Shown in pieces: positions 14,107-30,532 of a stretch of DNA of 64,000 nt. The translations under genes and the position numbers were made by a program. Source of the stretch: the human T2T-CHM13v2.0 reference genome, Homo sapiens. Position 1 is the first letter of the stretch. Each line of letters opens with the position of its first letter. The DNA lies in assembly GCF_009914755.1 (NCBI RefSeq), contig NC_060928.1. The stretch is one strand, 5' to 3'. The notes beneath the pieces are model-generated. The model made no database searches and was not told the origin of the DNA. It worked only from the letters and a program-made list of their open reading frames with translations.

Positions 14107-17100
14107 CCTAATCCATCCAGATAGGTAGAATACCACACACAAAAAAATTGATAAATTAATTATGTCCCAGAAGGGAAGAAGGAGGAAAACCCCATTTTTA
14201 AAAAGAAATGAGGTAAGGCTTGATTACAGACTTACAGAATGTAACACTAACTTTCAGAAATATGATCTCATTTTCCCCTGAGGAGATACTAAATCAGCAT
14301 CCATACCTCACAAAAGCAACACACTTTTAAACCCTTCTTTTTCTAACTGTGAGTAAAGACTTTATTTCAGAACTATGTTGTACCTCCAGATGCAGTGCTA
14401 GCTTTCGACTGGCCTCATATACAGTGCTTGTCACTTTTTCAAGATGAAAGTAAAGCCATTCTTCCTCAGGTGCTTATTAATCATCATAAGCTATCGTTTA
14501 AAAGCAATAAACAATGCACACATGGTGATTAGCATAGGATTATTTTCCATAAGAAAATAAAGTCTGGCTCAATATGTTTTGGATTCACACTCACAAGGAA
14601 AACCCACCATGTAATTCTCCATCTCTTTACCAAGGAGAAAGAAAGATCACCTGTTTTGAAGGGCACACAATCCTGATATTTAGATTAATTTATGCTTAGA
14701 ACTATCCAAAGAAATTTCAAGAACTGGTTATGTTTGCGAATATATTTTTTGGATATTTTAAATAGAAAAATCACATTTTATGTAAGATAAAAAAATCAAA
14801 GCACCAAAAGGTTAAATTTCATGGAACCTCTGGTCTTATGAAATACAAATAGTTCTTAAAGTATAAAAGCTTTCTCTTATATCCAACATTTATTCTAATT
14901 TTTTGCATATAAAAGTATCCGTAATGTGTACCAAATGCCCAGGTGTTTACAACTATTAATAAATGAAAATGTTTGTAGAACTTCATGCCTTTGGGCAGGA
15001 CATAAAATTTAGAATACTTTCAACAAAAACCTGAAGAATTTCTTCATAAGTAAATCACATTCGGAAAATAAAACAAAACATACAATTCACAAATTTTAGA
15101 AAAAGACGGAATTTGCAATCATGCTCCACACCACACAAATAATTTTTAACTATGTCACATGCTATTAAATCAGATATTGTTGCCTTAGTTTTAATAATGT
15201 CTTTGGTCCAAAAATTGACATAAGTTTTTGTTTCAGTCTGTCAGAACATTTTTTCAGAAATGTATCTGTCCCCTTCTAGACTGCATGACCAAAAAAATTG
15301 TTGCAAATACACATTTTAAACTAGGTTTAGACGTTTTTATAACACGGCATTTTTCCAAGATAATTATTTATAAGATAAGGAATGCTTTAAATGGTTGATA
15401 ATATTTAAATTATCATATATTTAGGTTTGATCTAACTATATATTTTTGAAAATATGAAATAAAGTTATCCTTCAAATTTTTTAAAAAATGTTTTACCAAA
15501 TTGTCTAACTGACTAAATTGTACACAACTTAGTATTGTTGAGGATTGGTTCTGTGTCTTGATTAAGGTAGCCTGTTTTGAATAAATGTCTTAGTATTTTT
15601 ACACTACTCTTGAGTTAAAAACAGAGCAGGTTTTCATTTAGTCATTAGCAAATATTCATTTGCGTATTTTGTTTTAGTGGCTTAGTTGCCAAACATTTAG
15701 CTAAATGATAAATAGACACTCATTGAAGAGTTAAACTTTCCAACAGGGTGGTCTTGATATGAGTCAAAGCCAGGAAGTTAATTCTTACTTTCCAAAACAC
15801 CTAATGCACACAAAAGTAATTAATTCGATAGCTGTGTAGGCTTTCAATTCTGTGAATTTATAATGTCTTCCATATTTTATTGTTTACATAGTTAAGGTAT
15901 TATACTTCCTTATAACATTTACATAGAGTTGAGATACAAATAAGTTAATTTAATTGATGTAATCATTAATTACTGAATCATCTCAGTTGTGATCGTTCTG
16001 TTTTATGAGGTAATTTCACGATGTAGAGACTGTTTTCCATTATTTTATAATTAAGTACCATTTCTGCACACCCTCTCCTCCCATTAGCTCACCGTTGAAA
16101 TTCCATGGAAGGAAAATGTATTAATAAATTACACCACTTGCAGCTGATTCAGGTATTACAGAAAATTGACGCTTACTAAAGAAATACTATAAAAATAACA
16201 GTTAAGCCATTACCACTAAATAAAGCTATGCTTTAACTGAGTTTGGTTTGACAAGATGCAATTCCAAGAGACATAACTTTCAGGCATCATAAGAAATCTA
16301 CATGAGACTCCTGTTGCAGGCATCCAGGGATCTCCATCTCAATTCTGTCCTTATTACACTGACTCCAGTCAATGTGCAGAGAGCAAATCAGTGAATTGAG
16401 GATGTCCAGTGGGGTGTTAACAAAGTTATGGAGATTCAAAAACACATATAGGATACAGGGCTGGCAGCACCAAAGAGGCTATGGGGATGGCGGTAGATTA
16501 CAGAGCCTACAGCTGTAGCCAGATGTAGTGAATGCTGCAGATAGATTATTCCATCATGATTCAGACATGATAAAGTACCAATTGTAGACATTTAGTAAAT
16601 GTAGATGCCATCTGCTAAGTGCTGCTGCTCCTAAAGATTTTAAATCTAGCAACAAAATTTTATCCAATGGAATTAAAAAGTAAATATAATATGTAAAGTA
16701 CAAACAATAAGACATAATTAATACATAGTCCTTAATATCTGTTTTATAATGAATTAATTATATAGTAAAATAGTTACAATGACTCATGAATAACTTAAAT
16801 ATAAATTGAATAGATTTAAAACAATTATGAAATTATGATTATTTAATATGAATTAAACTGTAATTAATATATCTGCATAGTAACTTTAAGAGAAAATGTC
16901 ATGGGAATGAAGCTTGAAAAGATGATACAACCTAAGCAAACAATGCACCTTTTTTGGCAAATTTACAATTAATGCATTTTAAATAAAACTTTGCCAAAAT
17001 TAACTCCTCCCTTTTCCAATATCCATCCCCAAAGTTCCTTGCTCTGGAGTCAATACTCTGGGGCATGGTCTTAAGCATGTCACGTTGCTATTGTTGATGG

Positions 17101-17898
17101 GGCCAAAGACCTCTCCAGGTGCTCCATTCTTGAGGGCTTAGATGTCATCTCCATAAAAATAATTCTGCCATCTGCCTGTATGTCAGCAACTTACTTCTCA
17201 TTCCCATAAAGGCTCAACCAATATTTTGCAACTTCCCTACTTTAAGAAGAATTCTATTTCAGAAAAATTTAAGCACTTATAAATGTAAAGTGAATAATAG
17301 ACAGGTCAGCAGGGGTCAGATGATAAAAGCTCATATATTTTTCCTATAGAATCTGGACTTTTTTCTTAATTGACTATGAATTCGTTGAATAATTTTATGC
17401 AGGAGAAGCATATGAAATGAGTCGTGGTATACAAAAATTCATTTAGTGGCACTAGGCATAATGGAGTAGAGTTGAAGGAAATAAATTATAGGCTTGGAAA
17501 GCTTAGGGAGATGTTATAGTAACGCTGATAAGAAATGATAGGCCCCTAACATATAATGGACCTAGACAATGATCATGAATAGCTGTTGAACCCTTTAGAT
17601 AGATGATTATAGAAATTTTTTAAGTGAATGGATTAGTATAATAATGCTTAAAGTCATTGAAAAGTCTTATTCTTACAATGAGAGAAATAGCCATACATTA
17701 TATGTTCCCAAATATGATGAAATAGAAACCACTTATGGAATATTCTTGCAAAAATTCTATTCAAACCTCTAGAACTAAATATGAGTTTACAGAAAATACA
17801 GAGATACAGAAACTGGCTTAAAGATATTAGGACAATACAATCAAATAAATCTGCAATGTTTAGAGAGATCCTACAGAACAAACGACCTGATTTCTTCA

Positions 17899-18243
<345 letters not shown>

Positions 18244-18834
18244 ATTTAAAAAATTAAAAATTTTAAAAAAGGAGGAACCTCTCTAAACTAAAGAAGAATC
18301 AGTAAAGTTATGTCAACCAAATGCATTGCATGGATCTTGCTTAGTTCCAGATTTGAACGGACCTATTATAAATATATGTGACAATCAAGAAAATGTAGTG
18401 GACATATTAATATATTTCATAGTGGACACGAGAATAAATTATTAAGGAATTTTGTTCCTATGTTTTAAGAATTTTTTCCTTTTAGAAATGCATACGTTTT
18501 ACCGAGGAAATGATATAGCATCCAGTACTTATTTTAATATAATCCAGTGGAGGGATGAAATAGAGAGGAATATACATTAAATTAGATTAGCCAAATGTTG
18601 GTAATTGATGAAGCGGAGCCACAGTTGTATTTTACTGTGTTTAAAATTTTCTATAGTGAAAAATTTAAAATGTTTGTTAAAGAAGCAATAGCTGAGAGGA
18701 TGGAAAGAAGTATATAATTTTGAGCAATATTTAAGAGGTACTATGCACAAGACATAACGGCCAATTGTATCTAAAAGAGGAAGTGAGGATGGCTCATAAA
18801 TTTTTAGACTTGTGATTAGAAGTATGAACGTACT

Positions 18835-19132
<298 letters not shown>

Positions 19133-19575
19133 GTACTAATGTACTGTTCATCGAGACAGAAAGTACATGTGGAGGAGCAGATTTAGAAATAAAGATGACC
19201 AGTTCAGTTTGGGATTGCGGAGTTTGAAATACTAGCTGGATATCCAAGCAAAAATGTCCAAAGATAATATCAAGAAGAGCCAAGGATAGAAATTAGGGGT
19301 ACATAAACATGTAAAAGAGATGTAGAGAGGAAGTGAAGGCTGAGGAGTTGTATCCAGATAAATAGGAAACCCAGTTGAGACTGGAGTTACTGAAACAGGA
19401 GAAGACATAGTTTCAGGGAAAGGAATTTGTCACAGTGTCAATTAAATAATTAAATGTTAGTTACTATATATCTTTAGTTTTAGCAACTAAATAGCAAGTG
19501 GTGTCAGTTCAAGACGGCAAACTGAGCCTATAAATTTATCCCATCTTTTTCCTGGGATTCCACTAAAATAATATT

Positions 19576-20239
19576 CAGTAGTCCTCCCTTATTCAAGATT
19601 TTGCTTTCCATGGCTTCAGTTACCTGTGGTCAAACTCAGCCCAAAAATACTAAATCAAACATTCCAGAAATAAACAATTTGTGAGCTTTAAATGGCATGC
19701 CATCCTGAGTAGTGTGATGAATTCTCATGCTGTCCATTCTGTCCCACTTGGGATGTGATTCATTCCTTTATCCAGTATATTCACACTAAATACTCTACCC
19801 ACCCCTTAGTCACTTAGTAGGCATCTCAGTTATAAGATGAGATGGGATGATGCTTATTTTACTTAATAGTAGTCCCAAAGTGCAAGAAGAGTGGTACTGA
19901 CCATTTGGACATGCCAGAGAGAGGCCTGAAAGTGCTTTTTTGAAGCAAAAAGTGAAAGTCCTCTACTTAAGGAAAAAGTCTTAGGCTGAGGTTGCTAAGC
20001 TCTATAGTAAAAACAAATCTATTTGTGAAATTGTGAAGAATGAAAAACAAATTTGTGCTAGTTTTACTGTTGCACCTCAAACTGCAAAAGTTATAGCCAT
20101 AGTGCTTTCATCTTAGATTTAAGATGAAAAGGACATTAAATTTGTGGGTAAAAGACATGAATAGGAATGTGTTTCAATTGATAGCAATCATCCACTGGCG
20201 GTCCTGAAACATAGCCCCAAGGTTAAGGAAGGATTACTG
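19576..20239 (+). mobile_element. MER44/Tigger7-family DNA transposon
   Basis: Terminal inverted repeats CAGTAGTCCTCCCTTA ... TAAGGAAGGATTACTG. Confidence 0.78.
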
Positions 20240-21869
20240 CATACCAATTTAAAAGGGCAGAGGCAAACACAGAGCTGTGAAAAGAACAATAAGAAGTTTA
20301 TCAGTGGATAAACTAGTTCAACACATTTCTAGAAAGTGGAAAACTAGTGGAAGAGTGGAGCTCAATAAAGCAGACTGGGAAAAGATGCAGTCCAGAATAA
20401 ATATGGAGAAGCTGCAGCCAAGGCGGGAGCCATTCTGTCTTTCAGAACTTGGGGGAGGTTATAGACTCAAGGATACCAGGTGTGATGGGCAGCAGAGTAC
20501 AGCATAAGACTAAAAACAGAAACAGTTACTGAAAGTCTGCTACTGATTTCCCTTCCTTATATTCAGAATACACAGCAGCCAGGTGTTACCCTCTAGGCAA
20601 AAAAAAATAGAAAGGGTTGTGTGTTTTCAAAATAAATTTAACACGCTGTACAAAATGAGTAACTGTGGATGTTGAAGTACCAGAAAAAAAAAAAAAACAT
20701 TCTGAGAGTCATGGTTCCCCAGGGTAATGGCAGAGTAGGGAAGAAGGCACGGTCACGGGTCTGGAAACAAAAGGTGATAGACAGAACTAAAAGGTTTAGA
20801 TATGAGACAGGGAAATGTAGTTAGGATTACCATTCATAATAAAGAGCAAAAATGGAAAAAGACTGAAATAAACTCCCACCAACTACTTTGTGACACTGTA
20901 GATTACATAAAGTGATAGGCCCACAGAAACAGGAAGACATGAACAGAGGCTGATAATAAAATATTGAAATGAATCACCCACTGGCTTGGTAACTGGGCGT
21001 GCTATACCCTGTATTTATTAAAGTAATTGAATTGGTTATTGAAAAACTTCCTATATGCACGAATAAAAAGATCTAAGACTCCTGCTTCTAGTCAAGATGG
21101 AATAAGAGGGATCAGATTAATCAACCCCCTGAAACTACTAAATAGTTAATATTATGATATTTTAACAATGGGAATTAACACTGAACAAATTTTTTAGGCA
21201 TTGCATATCAAATAAGTAAGCAGAGGACACTGACCCCTGAGAGAGGGAAAACAAACAAGGTAAGCCCTATGTCTGTCCCAGTTTACTGCCCAGACAGATT
21301 TTCTAGGCAGCAATGCAGGGAGGGGGAATTGAGAGAGAGCTAAGCATTAACTTTGAACTGAAGAGACAGACATGGGGTCTAGAGAGGCCAAGGGAACTGG
21401 TGTTAAGAAAGCAGAGTACTAGAGAGGAGCCAGCTGCACACAGAAAGCTATGGAGATCCACAGAGGGATACCCTCCAATTCTTTAGCTGTGTATTCAGCA
21501 CAGAATGCATATTGGGAAATTACTAGAGAAAAGGGAAGAACCACTTGAAAGAAGTAGGTCCTTAGAGCTCACATAGGCCTAAGAATAGTTGGTGTTACAA
21601 GAGCCAGAGGAGAACACCTCATAATTCAAGGAAAATCAGGTAGTGTCCATTTTTTTCTAGGCAAACTTAGAATAGTATTGTCTTAGTAGTGGAGAAAATA
21701 AGATTTAGAATGGAGGTGGTTCTGGTTTCACCTAACAAAGTTTAACAGCAGGCTTGAAAAGATCAAACTATTACTAAGTAATTTAACTGTACTTCAGAGC
21801 AAAACTCAAGAATATTTATAGAACTATAATGCCAAGCATCCAACAAAGTAAATGTCACAGTATTTATAA

Positions 21870-22230
21870 TCTGACTTAGTTTGGGCTGCTAAAATAAATT
21901 ACCATAGACTGGTGGGTTAAATAACAAATATTTATTTTTCGCAGCTCTGGAAGGTGGGATGTCAGAGATTAGGGTGCCAACATGGTTAAGTTCCGGTAAG
22001 AGCCGTCTTCCAGGTTGCAGATGGCCAACTTCTCCAAGTATCTTCACATGGCAGAAAAAAGTGAGAGAGCTCTCTGGAGTCTCTTCAGTAAGGGCACCAA
22101 TCTCATCTATGAAGGCTCCACTTCCATGCAGAAACTACCTACCAAAGGTCTCACCTCCTAATACTATCGCATTAGGAATTAGGATTTCAACATCTGAAGT
22201 TTGTGAGGACACAAACACTTTGTCTAAAAC
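21870..22230 (-). mobile_element. MLT1A/B-like LTR nested in L1
   Basis: ttagtttgggctgct...accatagactggtgg...attaggatttcaacat. Confidence 0.75.
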
Positions 22231-23044
22231 CAAAATCTAATAAAAATTATCAGGCATGCAAAAAAGCAGGAAAATATGAGCTGTAAAAGAGACAAAAATC
22301 AACAAAATCAGTTCCAGAACTGACACACGTAACAACATCAATACACAAGGACATTAAGATAGGTATTAAAACTGTCTATTCCCTATGCTCAAAAATGTGC
22401 AAGAATGTAGAGAAAGATGAATCAGGCAAAGAACAGACTGAAGAGACTTTAAAAGACTCAAATCAAAATTTAGAGATAAAAATGCAATGCTTAAAATTAA
22501 AAAAAATACATTTGATGAGGTAAACAGAAGATTAGACATTTAGAATTACCTAAATGTCTAAAAGATACAGAAATTATCTAAAATGAGACACAAAGAATAA
22601 AGGCTAAAAAAATAAATGAACAGAGCTTCAGTGAGCTGTTGAACAACTTCAAGTGGCCTAATATATATACAGAGTCCTTGAAAGATGGGGAGGAGGAAAA
22701 CACTGAAGATATAATAACCAAAAAAATTAGATGAACTCTATAAACCTACAGATCCAAGAATAACCTCAAGCACAAGAATATGAAGAAAACTACACCAAGG
22801 TATATTAGAATCAAATGGCTTAAAGATATTGATAAAGGAAAAATATGAAAAGCAATCAGAGAAAAAAGACACATTATATACAGAGGAACAAAATAAGAAT
22901 GAGGGTAATTTCTCACTGGAAAAATGTAATTAAGAAGATAATAGAGCAACATCTATAAATACTGAAGGGAAAAAAACAATCTGTCAACCTAAAATTCTAT
23001 ACCCGGAAAAACTGTCTCTCAAAAACAAAGGTTAAAAAAAAAAA

Positions 23045-23336
23045 GACTTTTTCCGATATACAAAAGCTGAGAATAAAACTATCACCAGCAGACCCTTACT
23101 ACAAGAACTGTTAACGCATGTTCTTCAGGCAGAAGAAAAATCATATCAGATAGAAGTTTGGATTTACACTAAAAAACAAATAGCAGTAGAGACTTTTTCT
23201 GATATACAAAAGCTGAAAATATAACTATCACCACCAGATCCTTACTACAAGAACTGTTAACACATGTTCTTCAAGCAGAAGAAAAATCTTATCAGATAGA
23301 AGTTTGGATTTACACTAAAAAATAAATAGCAGTAGA
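23045..23336. repeat. 146-bp tandem duplication
   Basis: 23045-23190 and 23191-23336, about 9 mismatches by eye, no indels. Confidence 0.95.
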
Positions 23337-25433
23337 AACGGTAAATATATGGATAAATCTAAAAGACTTTTCTTATTTTAAAATCTCTCTAAAAGATAAA
23401 TGTCTATCTAAATAAAAAATATTAATACCATACTGAAGTATATAACATACAGGTAACATATGTACAAAGGTTGGAAAGGAGAAATGAAAGTATATTGTTT
23501 TAAGGTTTTTATACATGAGGTGGTGTAATATTAACTGAACATATAATGTGACAAGTTAAACCCTAAAGTAACCACTAAAAAAAGAATATGAGGCAATAAG
23601 CCAATAACAGAAATAAAATGCAATAATAAAAAATGATGAACCCCAAAATAGGGAAAAGAGTAAAAAGGAAATAAACAATAGATAGGACAAATAGAAAACA
23701 AATAGTAAGGTAATGGATTTTAAACCCAACTGAACTACTAATTATATCAAATGTAAAGGGTTTAAACATCTTAATTAAAAGCCATAGGTTATCATATTGG
23801 CAAATATAAGCAAAACTCAATCCTATGCTGCTGTACTTTAAATAGACAGAAATAGGTTAAAAGTAAAAGGATGGGAAAAAATATATCATGTTAACATTAA
23901 TCAAAAGAAAATAGGAGTGGTTATATTAATAATAGAATATTTTAGGACAAAAAATATTACTAGGAAGAAAGCAAGACATTTTATGATGACAGAAGGTTCA
24001 ATTCATTAGGAAGACATAACAATCCTAAATGTTTATGTACCCAACAACAAAGCTTCAAATTACACAAAGCAAAAATTAATAGATCTGCAAGAAGAAACAG
24101 ATAAACCCCTATTCAGAGATATAAATAACCTTTCAATAGTTAACAAACAAGTAGATAAAAAATAGAAAAGAAAACATAAGACTTGAACAATGCTATCTAC
24201 TAAATTGACGTAATCACACTCTCATAGAACGCTCCACGCAAAAACAGCAGAGCATACATTCAACTGTACACAGAATATTTATCAAAATGGACCATTTTCC
24301 TGCCCAGAGAAAGTGCCAAAAATTTAAAAATTCTATGCATATGGAATATATTCACTAAAAACAATGGAATTGAGTTAGAATCAACAACAGAACGTCTTCA
24401 AAAATAAATCCCCAAGTCTTTGGTCACAGAAGAACTTAAAGGAGGGATTAGAAAGTGTTTTGAACTGAATGAAAATGAAAGCATGACATTTCAAAATTTC
24501 TGGAATGTGGCTAAAGCAGTATTAAGAGGAAAATACCTACATTAGAAAGAGAGAAAGACACCAAGACAGAAAGAGGTCTCAAATCACTGACCTCAGGTTT
24601 CATTTTAGGAAACTATCAAAATCAGAGCAAATTAAACCCAAAGTAAGCAGAAGAGAATAAACAATAAAGATCAGAGAGGAAATCAATTAAATTACAAAGA
24701 AAAACAATAAAGAAAATAAATAAAACCAAGAGCTGGTTCTTTGAAAAAAAATCAGTGAAATTGATAAACCTACAGTCAGATTGACGAAGAACTAAGAAAA
24801 AAAAGATGCAAATTACCACCAATATCAGGAATGAGATAAGTGACATTATTACAGATTCTATAGAATAAAAGGATAACAAGGCAATCGTTATGAACGACTT
24901 TGTGCCAATAGATGAAATGGACAGATTCCTTGAAAAGTGGAGGCTACCACAGCTCACCATGCTGCTAACAGTTCACAGCTGTCCTATCTCCAGAGAATTG
25001 TTCTTGGCAGAATGGAACCTGCCTACCTGGGGATGCATGACCCCTAAGGGGAAAACCTGCAAATAATAACCCACTATTATAAGGGTTAAAAAAAATTAAT
25101 CCCTCTACCCTTGTTTCAAGTTGGAAACAATTCTATGGTGCAATTCATGCTCCAGAGCCCCCTTGGAATTAGGCTGAAGATAGATCCCGCTTCCACCCTT
25201 ATTTAGCTTCCTTCCCTGGCCATATTCTGCTGTTCTCAACCTCCTCTTCCTTAGTTCTTCTCAATGAATTACTTTCCAAGAATCCCTGTTTCAGCCTCTG
25301 TTTATAGAAAATCTTACCTAAGATAGGGCACTAGAGGGAGGCTAGAAGGCAAAAGAGAGAGAGAAAAGACTTGCTCCTTTCTCTTAGTTTGCAGTTCCTG
25401 GCTACATTACCCCAGCAATGAGCCCTTATCCTG

Positions 25434-26172
<739 letters not shown>

Positions 26173-27064
26173 TCCTGTCAATAGCAACTGGTTTCAGCCT
26201 CCAATCTTCTTCCCGCACTGACATCATCAGCTTCATTTCATCATCTCAGGTTATCAACACCCGCTAGGCAGCAACCCTATCTACACAGCTCTACAAGGGC
26301 TCTCCAACAAGCATCTAGGTTCTATTAACCCCAACTCTTCCCTCGTCCTCAATCCCTAGGGATGGGAGTGGCTTCCTGCAGTAGTGTTCCCCTTTTGCCT
26401 TTTCAGTTCCCTGACACCTATTTAACTAATTCCTCATATGTAATTTGCACTGTGAAAATAGCTAGCATGGTTTATTTCTGACAAAGGCCCCTGATTGAAA
26501 ACCATCTCATTCCGAATTAAGAGTCTAAATCCATAACATACCTTATAAGATCCCATGCAATGTGGACCCTGGCTATTTCTCTGCCCTTGTTTCTTGTATC
26601 TGCCCAAATATTGCCCCAGTAAACACTTTTCCTGACAATGTATACAAAATTATTATTTCTCCCAACCCCTGCAATCTTTCCCCATGCTCCCTTTTCTCTG
26701 CAGCATTCCTCCCCATCTGGTATACTCTATATCGTTACCCGTCTTCCCCATTAGAATATGAGTTCCATGAAAAAAGTTTTGTTCACTGCTGTGTTCCTAG
26801 GGTCCAGAGCAGGCTCTGGCACACAGTAGGTGCTGACTTTTGAAAGAAAGACTAACTGTAGAAAAAATCCTAGAAGCAGCCCTACCATTGTGTCCATTTA
26901 CCTGAATTATAACCAATCTTTAATTTTTAAAGGCTGTGTATTTATTGCCTCGCTTTGCTGGCCGTCCTTCCTCTGTGGAATCACACTTTAGTAGAAAGGT
27001 CAGCTGCACTTCCTTAGTGATGGTGCACTTTAAATTGTGTGCTTTCTTCTATTTCAAAATTTAC

Positions 27065-27352
27065 TTTTTGAGACAGGGTCTTGTTCTGTCACCCAGGCTG
27101 GAGTGCAGTGCAATCATAGCTCACTGCATGCAGCCTTGATCTCCTGGGCTCAAGTGATCCCCCCACCTCAGCTTCCCAAGTGGTTGGGACTACAGGTGTG
27201 CTCCACCATGCCCGGATAATTTTTCTAATTTTTTTAGAGATGGAGTCTCACTATGTTGCCCAGGTTGGTCTCGAACTCTGGGGCTCAATCAATCCTCCTA
27301 CCTTGGACTCCCCAGTTGCTGGGATTACAGGGGCAAGCCACTGTGCCTGGCC
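27065..27352 (-). mobile_element. AluJ
   Basis: Antisense, J-type features (cctgggctcaagtgatcc, cactatgttgcccagg). Confidence 0.88.
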
Positions 27353-28294
27353 CAATTTAAAGTTTTTATAATGCAAATATGAGCTCCATTTTAAACCTTT
27401 AAAAATTATCAACTCAATCAGATCAGCCACTCAGCAGCATTTATTGAGAGGCCGGTTGCTCTACTATGAGTCTAAACTAAACTATGTTGGCGTCTCCAAA
27501 GAAGGAAATGCAATTCCTGCCCTTCTGGAGATTATAATCTCATGAATATTCAACTTGCACATATAAAAACATCTCAGGTATTTACCAATGATGCACAAAA
27601 GAAAATAAATAAAATGTATCTATATGCTTTTTAGATGAAGTGCAATGCTTGAAAGGCCATTCAAACTAGAATAATTCTTAGAAGAGGTTGCTGTTAAGCC
27701 AGAATTTAAAGAAAGAGACAAAGATGGATAAGTATAAGGTAGGAAAGAAAGAGCACTTGCAAAAACAAAAGGAAATGACAAATACATGGCACTAACTTAA
27801 TTAGTTACCTGGAGTGTATAAACTAAAAATCTACGAATTTGGCCTCTAGCCTTTCCATTCTGAGTTATCTATTCTGCACTTCTCCTCAAATGTATCAAAT
27901 TATATTCTGAACTCAAAAGATCCTATACTTTAAACAGTGGTTGGAGTCACTTCGTACTCCTTCCAAGTCATCCTAAGTCTCAACTGAAATGTCATTTTCC
28001 CAGAGAAGTTTTTTCCAGTCACTTAATCTGAAATAGGTGTGCTTTGTTATTCTGTACCTTAGCATTTCTTTCATACCTTTTACCACAATTTATAACTGTA
28101 ATTTTATTTGTGACCTTATCATTTGTCTTCTATACTAGATTATTAACTACCTAGAAGCAGGGTGTTTGCATTATTTTTCAGTACTATATACATACTGTTT
28201 AGCACGGTGCCTGACACTTAATATATATTTGTTGAAATGGAATTAAATAGTACATATTTCTGTGAAGGCCAGAAATCCATACATAAAACTGATT

Positions 28295-30479
28295 CCAAAA
28301 CTCAAAATAATTTTATTTCAAACACTTAACAAAGTTAAATTGTCCTCACTTCTGATACACAAAAATGTATATTCATATAACTCTCTTGATATATACATAT
28401 ACATACAAACATAATTCACATACATGGTAATATTCTGACCTTTACCTCTGAAATTAATTTCAATTTGTGTCATATATTTCATTTTTTACAATAAACTAAA
28501 TACGTTCATAAAAATAATTAATTCTTCTAAAGTAGGGAATATAACCCTGGATAGGACCAGGGTATGAGGGTGGGATGGTCCGAGCTGGTGCCAGCTCATA
28601 CAAGATGCATTGGTGCACATTTTAAAAAGGACCCACATCCTCTGGGTAGACACAGACACACAACAACATAAGCTCTGCTTGGTGAATGGAGCCTGGGCAG
28701 GACTTCAGCTCCCACTTTATGTGCTCTTGCACAGGGCATGACCTATGCGTAGGTGGCAGTCCTGGAGAGGGTTGCTCAGTGGTGGTGTGAGCAGAAGATG
28801 TGATCTAGCCACCCTTGGGCTGTTCCACTCCTTGCTGGAAAGGGCCGATTTGATTTGTCTGGATTATTTTGGTCAACAAGGGGTCCCTTCTTCTTTTCAC
28901 CACTCTGTCGGTTTAGCTGAAGAGGAAGACCTCTCCAATGAAAGAGGACCATTTTTCACGTTCAAGTGTATGCATGGCTATCCTCTGCTTCTTCAGCCTC
29001 CAAGGGGGCTTTTAAGGTTTAATCTAAAGAAATAACCCTGTATTGATTCTTGATTCCTAAGAAATTATGCTGTCAGTCTGGTTGTAGGCAAGGGTTGCAA
29101 TTTTCCCTCTGGAAAAAACAAATCAGAAGTTAGTCCATTTGTATAACACTGCTTAGTAACTGTTTAGAAATTATATCAGTAACACTAAGAATAAGCTCAA
29201 GCTATCTCCTAAGTGACCCAATTTATTGACTTTCAGGACAAACAGTATATGAAATCAATTCTAATTTCCATATATCAAGAAATAACAAGCATGTCTTATT
29301 TCAGTAATCTTTTATAAACTTTCTATATCTTAGGGTCATAGGTTATAACAGATGCATAGTATTTTAAAACCAAAATAAATTTACCTTTAAGTGGCCTTAG
29401 TATAAGCCATAAGAAAGGCCTGTTTCAAAACTACTAACAGGAATTTATCAGAGTAGGAGCTCAAACTACTGAAATACGATTTTAGAAGGACTTTTATTTT
29501 GGAAAAAGAATATAAAACTGGAATTTGGGAAGAAAGGGTTAGATAGTGGAAAGCACCCCAGATTGGATCCGAGTCCTTATTCTCAAACTACCTAATGAGA
29601 TGAAATTGTGCAAGTGATTTAAATTTGATGAGATTCATCTGGAGATCTATTAATGAGTTTAAAGTCTTAAAGTGCTTACTGCTTTCTGATTAATTTTATA
29701 TTAAAAGTCCTCAAAGCAGAAAGAATGTCAGATAAAAAAAAGTATGTGAGATCCAAAGTGGACTTACAATCACATGCATGAAGAAGTCATGTGTATACAA
29801 CAGCCCCTGGGGAAAATGTTAAATATGTCATGGGGGCTCTACATTTAGCTGAGGACTGGGCCAAACATCCTAGCAGATTCTTTTCAGTTATTCTGATGTG
29901 TCATCTCTTTGGGGAAAAACCTAACTTCACTAATATCCAGGCTCAGGAAGTGAAAAAGACAGAAGCCTTACCTAGCCACTGTGACCAGAAGTGATTAATT
30001 TAATCAACTGCCCACCTCAACCATCACCAACTTTTGCAATCACTTGGTGAAATCAATGTCCAACAAGTGAAGCAAACCCAAATGTGGTGAACATTCCTCC
30101 ATTGCCAAAATGGGACAACTGCCTTATCTCCTCATCAAAGCCCATCTTCTGGGAAATCAGCTTCTCTGTTAAATACCCAAGTGGGCTAGAAGCGCATTTT
30201 GTGGGCAACCCTATAGAAGCTCGTCCTGATGCCAACTTGCAGGGATCCAGTAAACCTCAAGTCACCGCTCCTGATAACGTAGACATCTTTTTAGACACAC
30301 TATTTACACAGACTTTGTCTAGCTGGGGAAAAGGTTAATTTACTTGTATACACGGGGATAAGTAGAGCACAGCGCTTCTGGATGCCCTCAGACTTGCATC
30401 TAATTCTTTCTCCAGATCTAACGCCTCTGTTTCTACACCCAGGGGAACCTCTCCCCAGGGACTGCGCGCGCGTGCGTGC

Positions 30480-30532
<53 letters not shown>

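Larger units (their letters stand above)
20250..24957 (+). mobile_element. Old L1M element (5' region, ORF1, start of ORF2), degraded
   Basis: A-rich strand with ORF1/endonuclease remnants (ctaaatgtttatgtacccaacaac, aaaccaagagctggttctttgaaaa, gatgaaatggacagattccttgaaa). Confidence 0.8.

Noticed and set aside
22746-24960. Hydrophobic minus-strand ORFs resembling membrane proteins
   Set aside because: Antisense reading of A-rich L1 sequence gives F/L/I-rich strings
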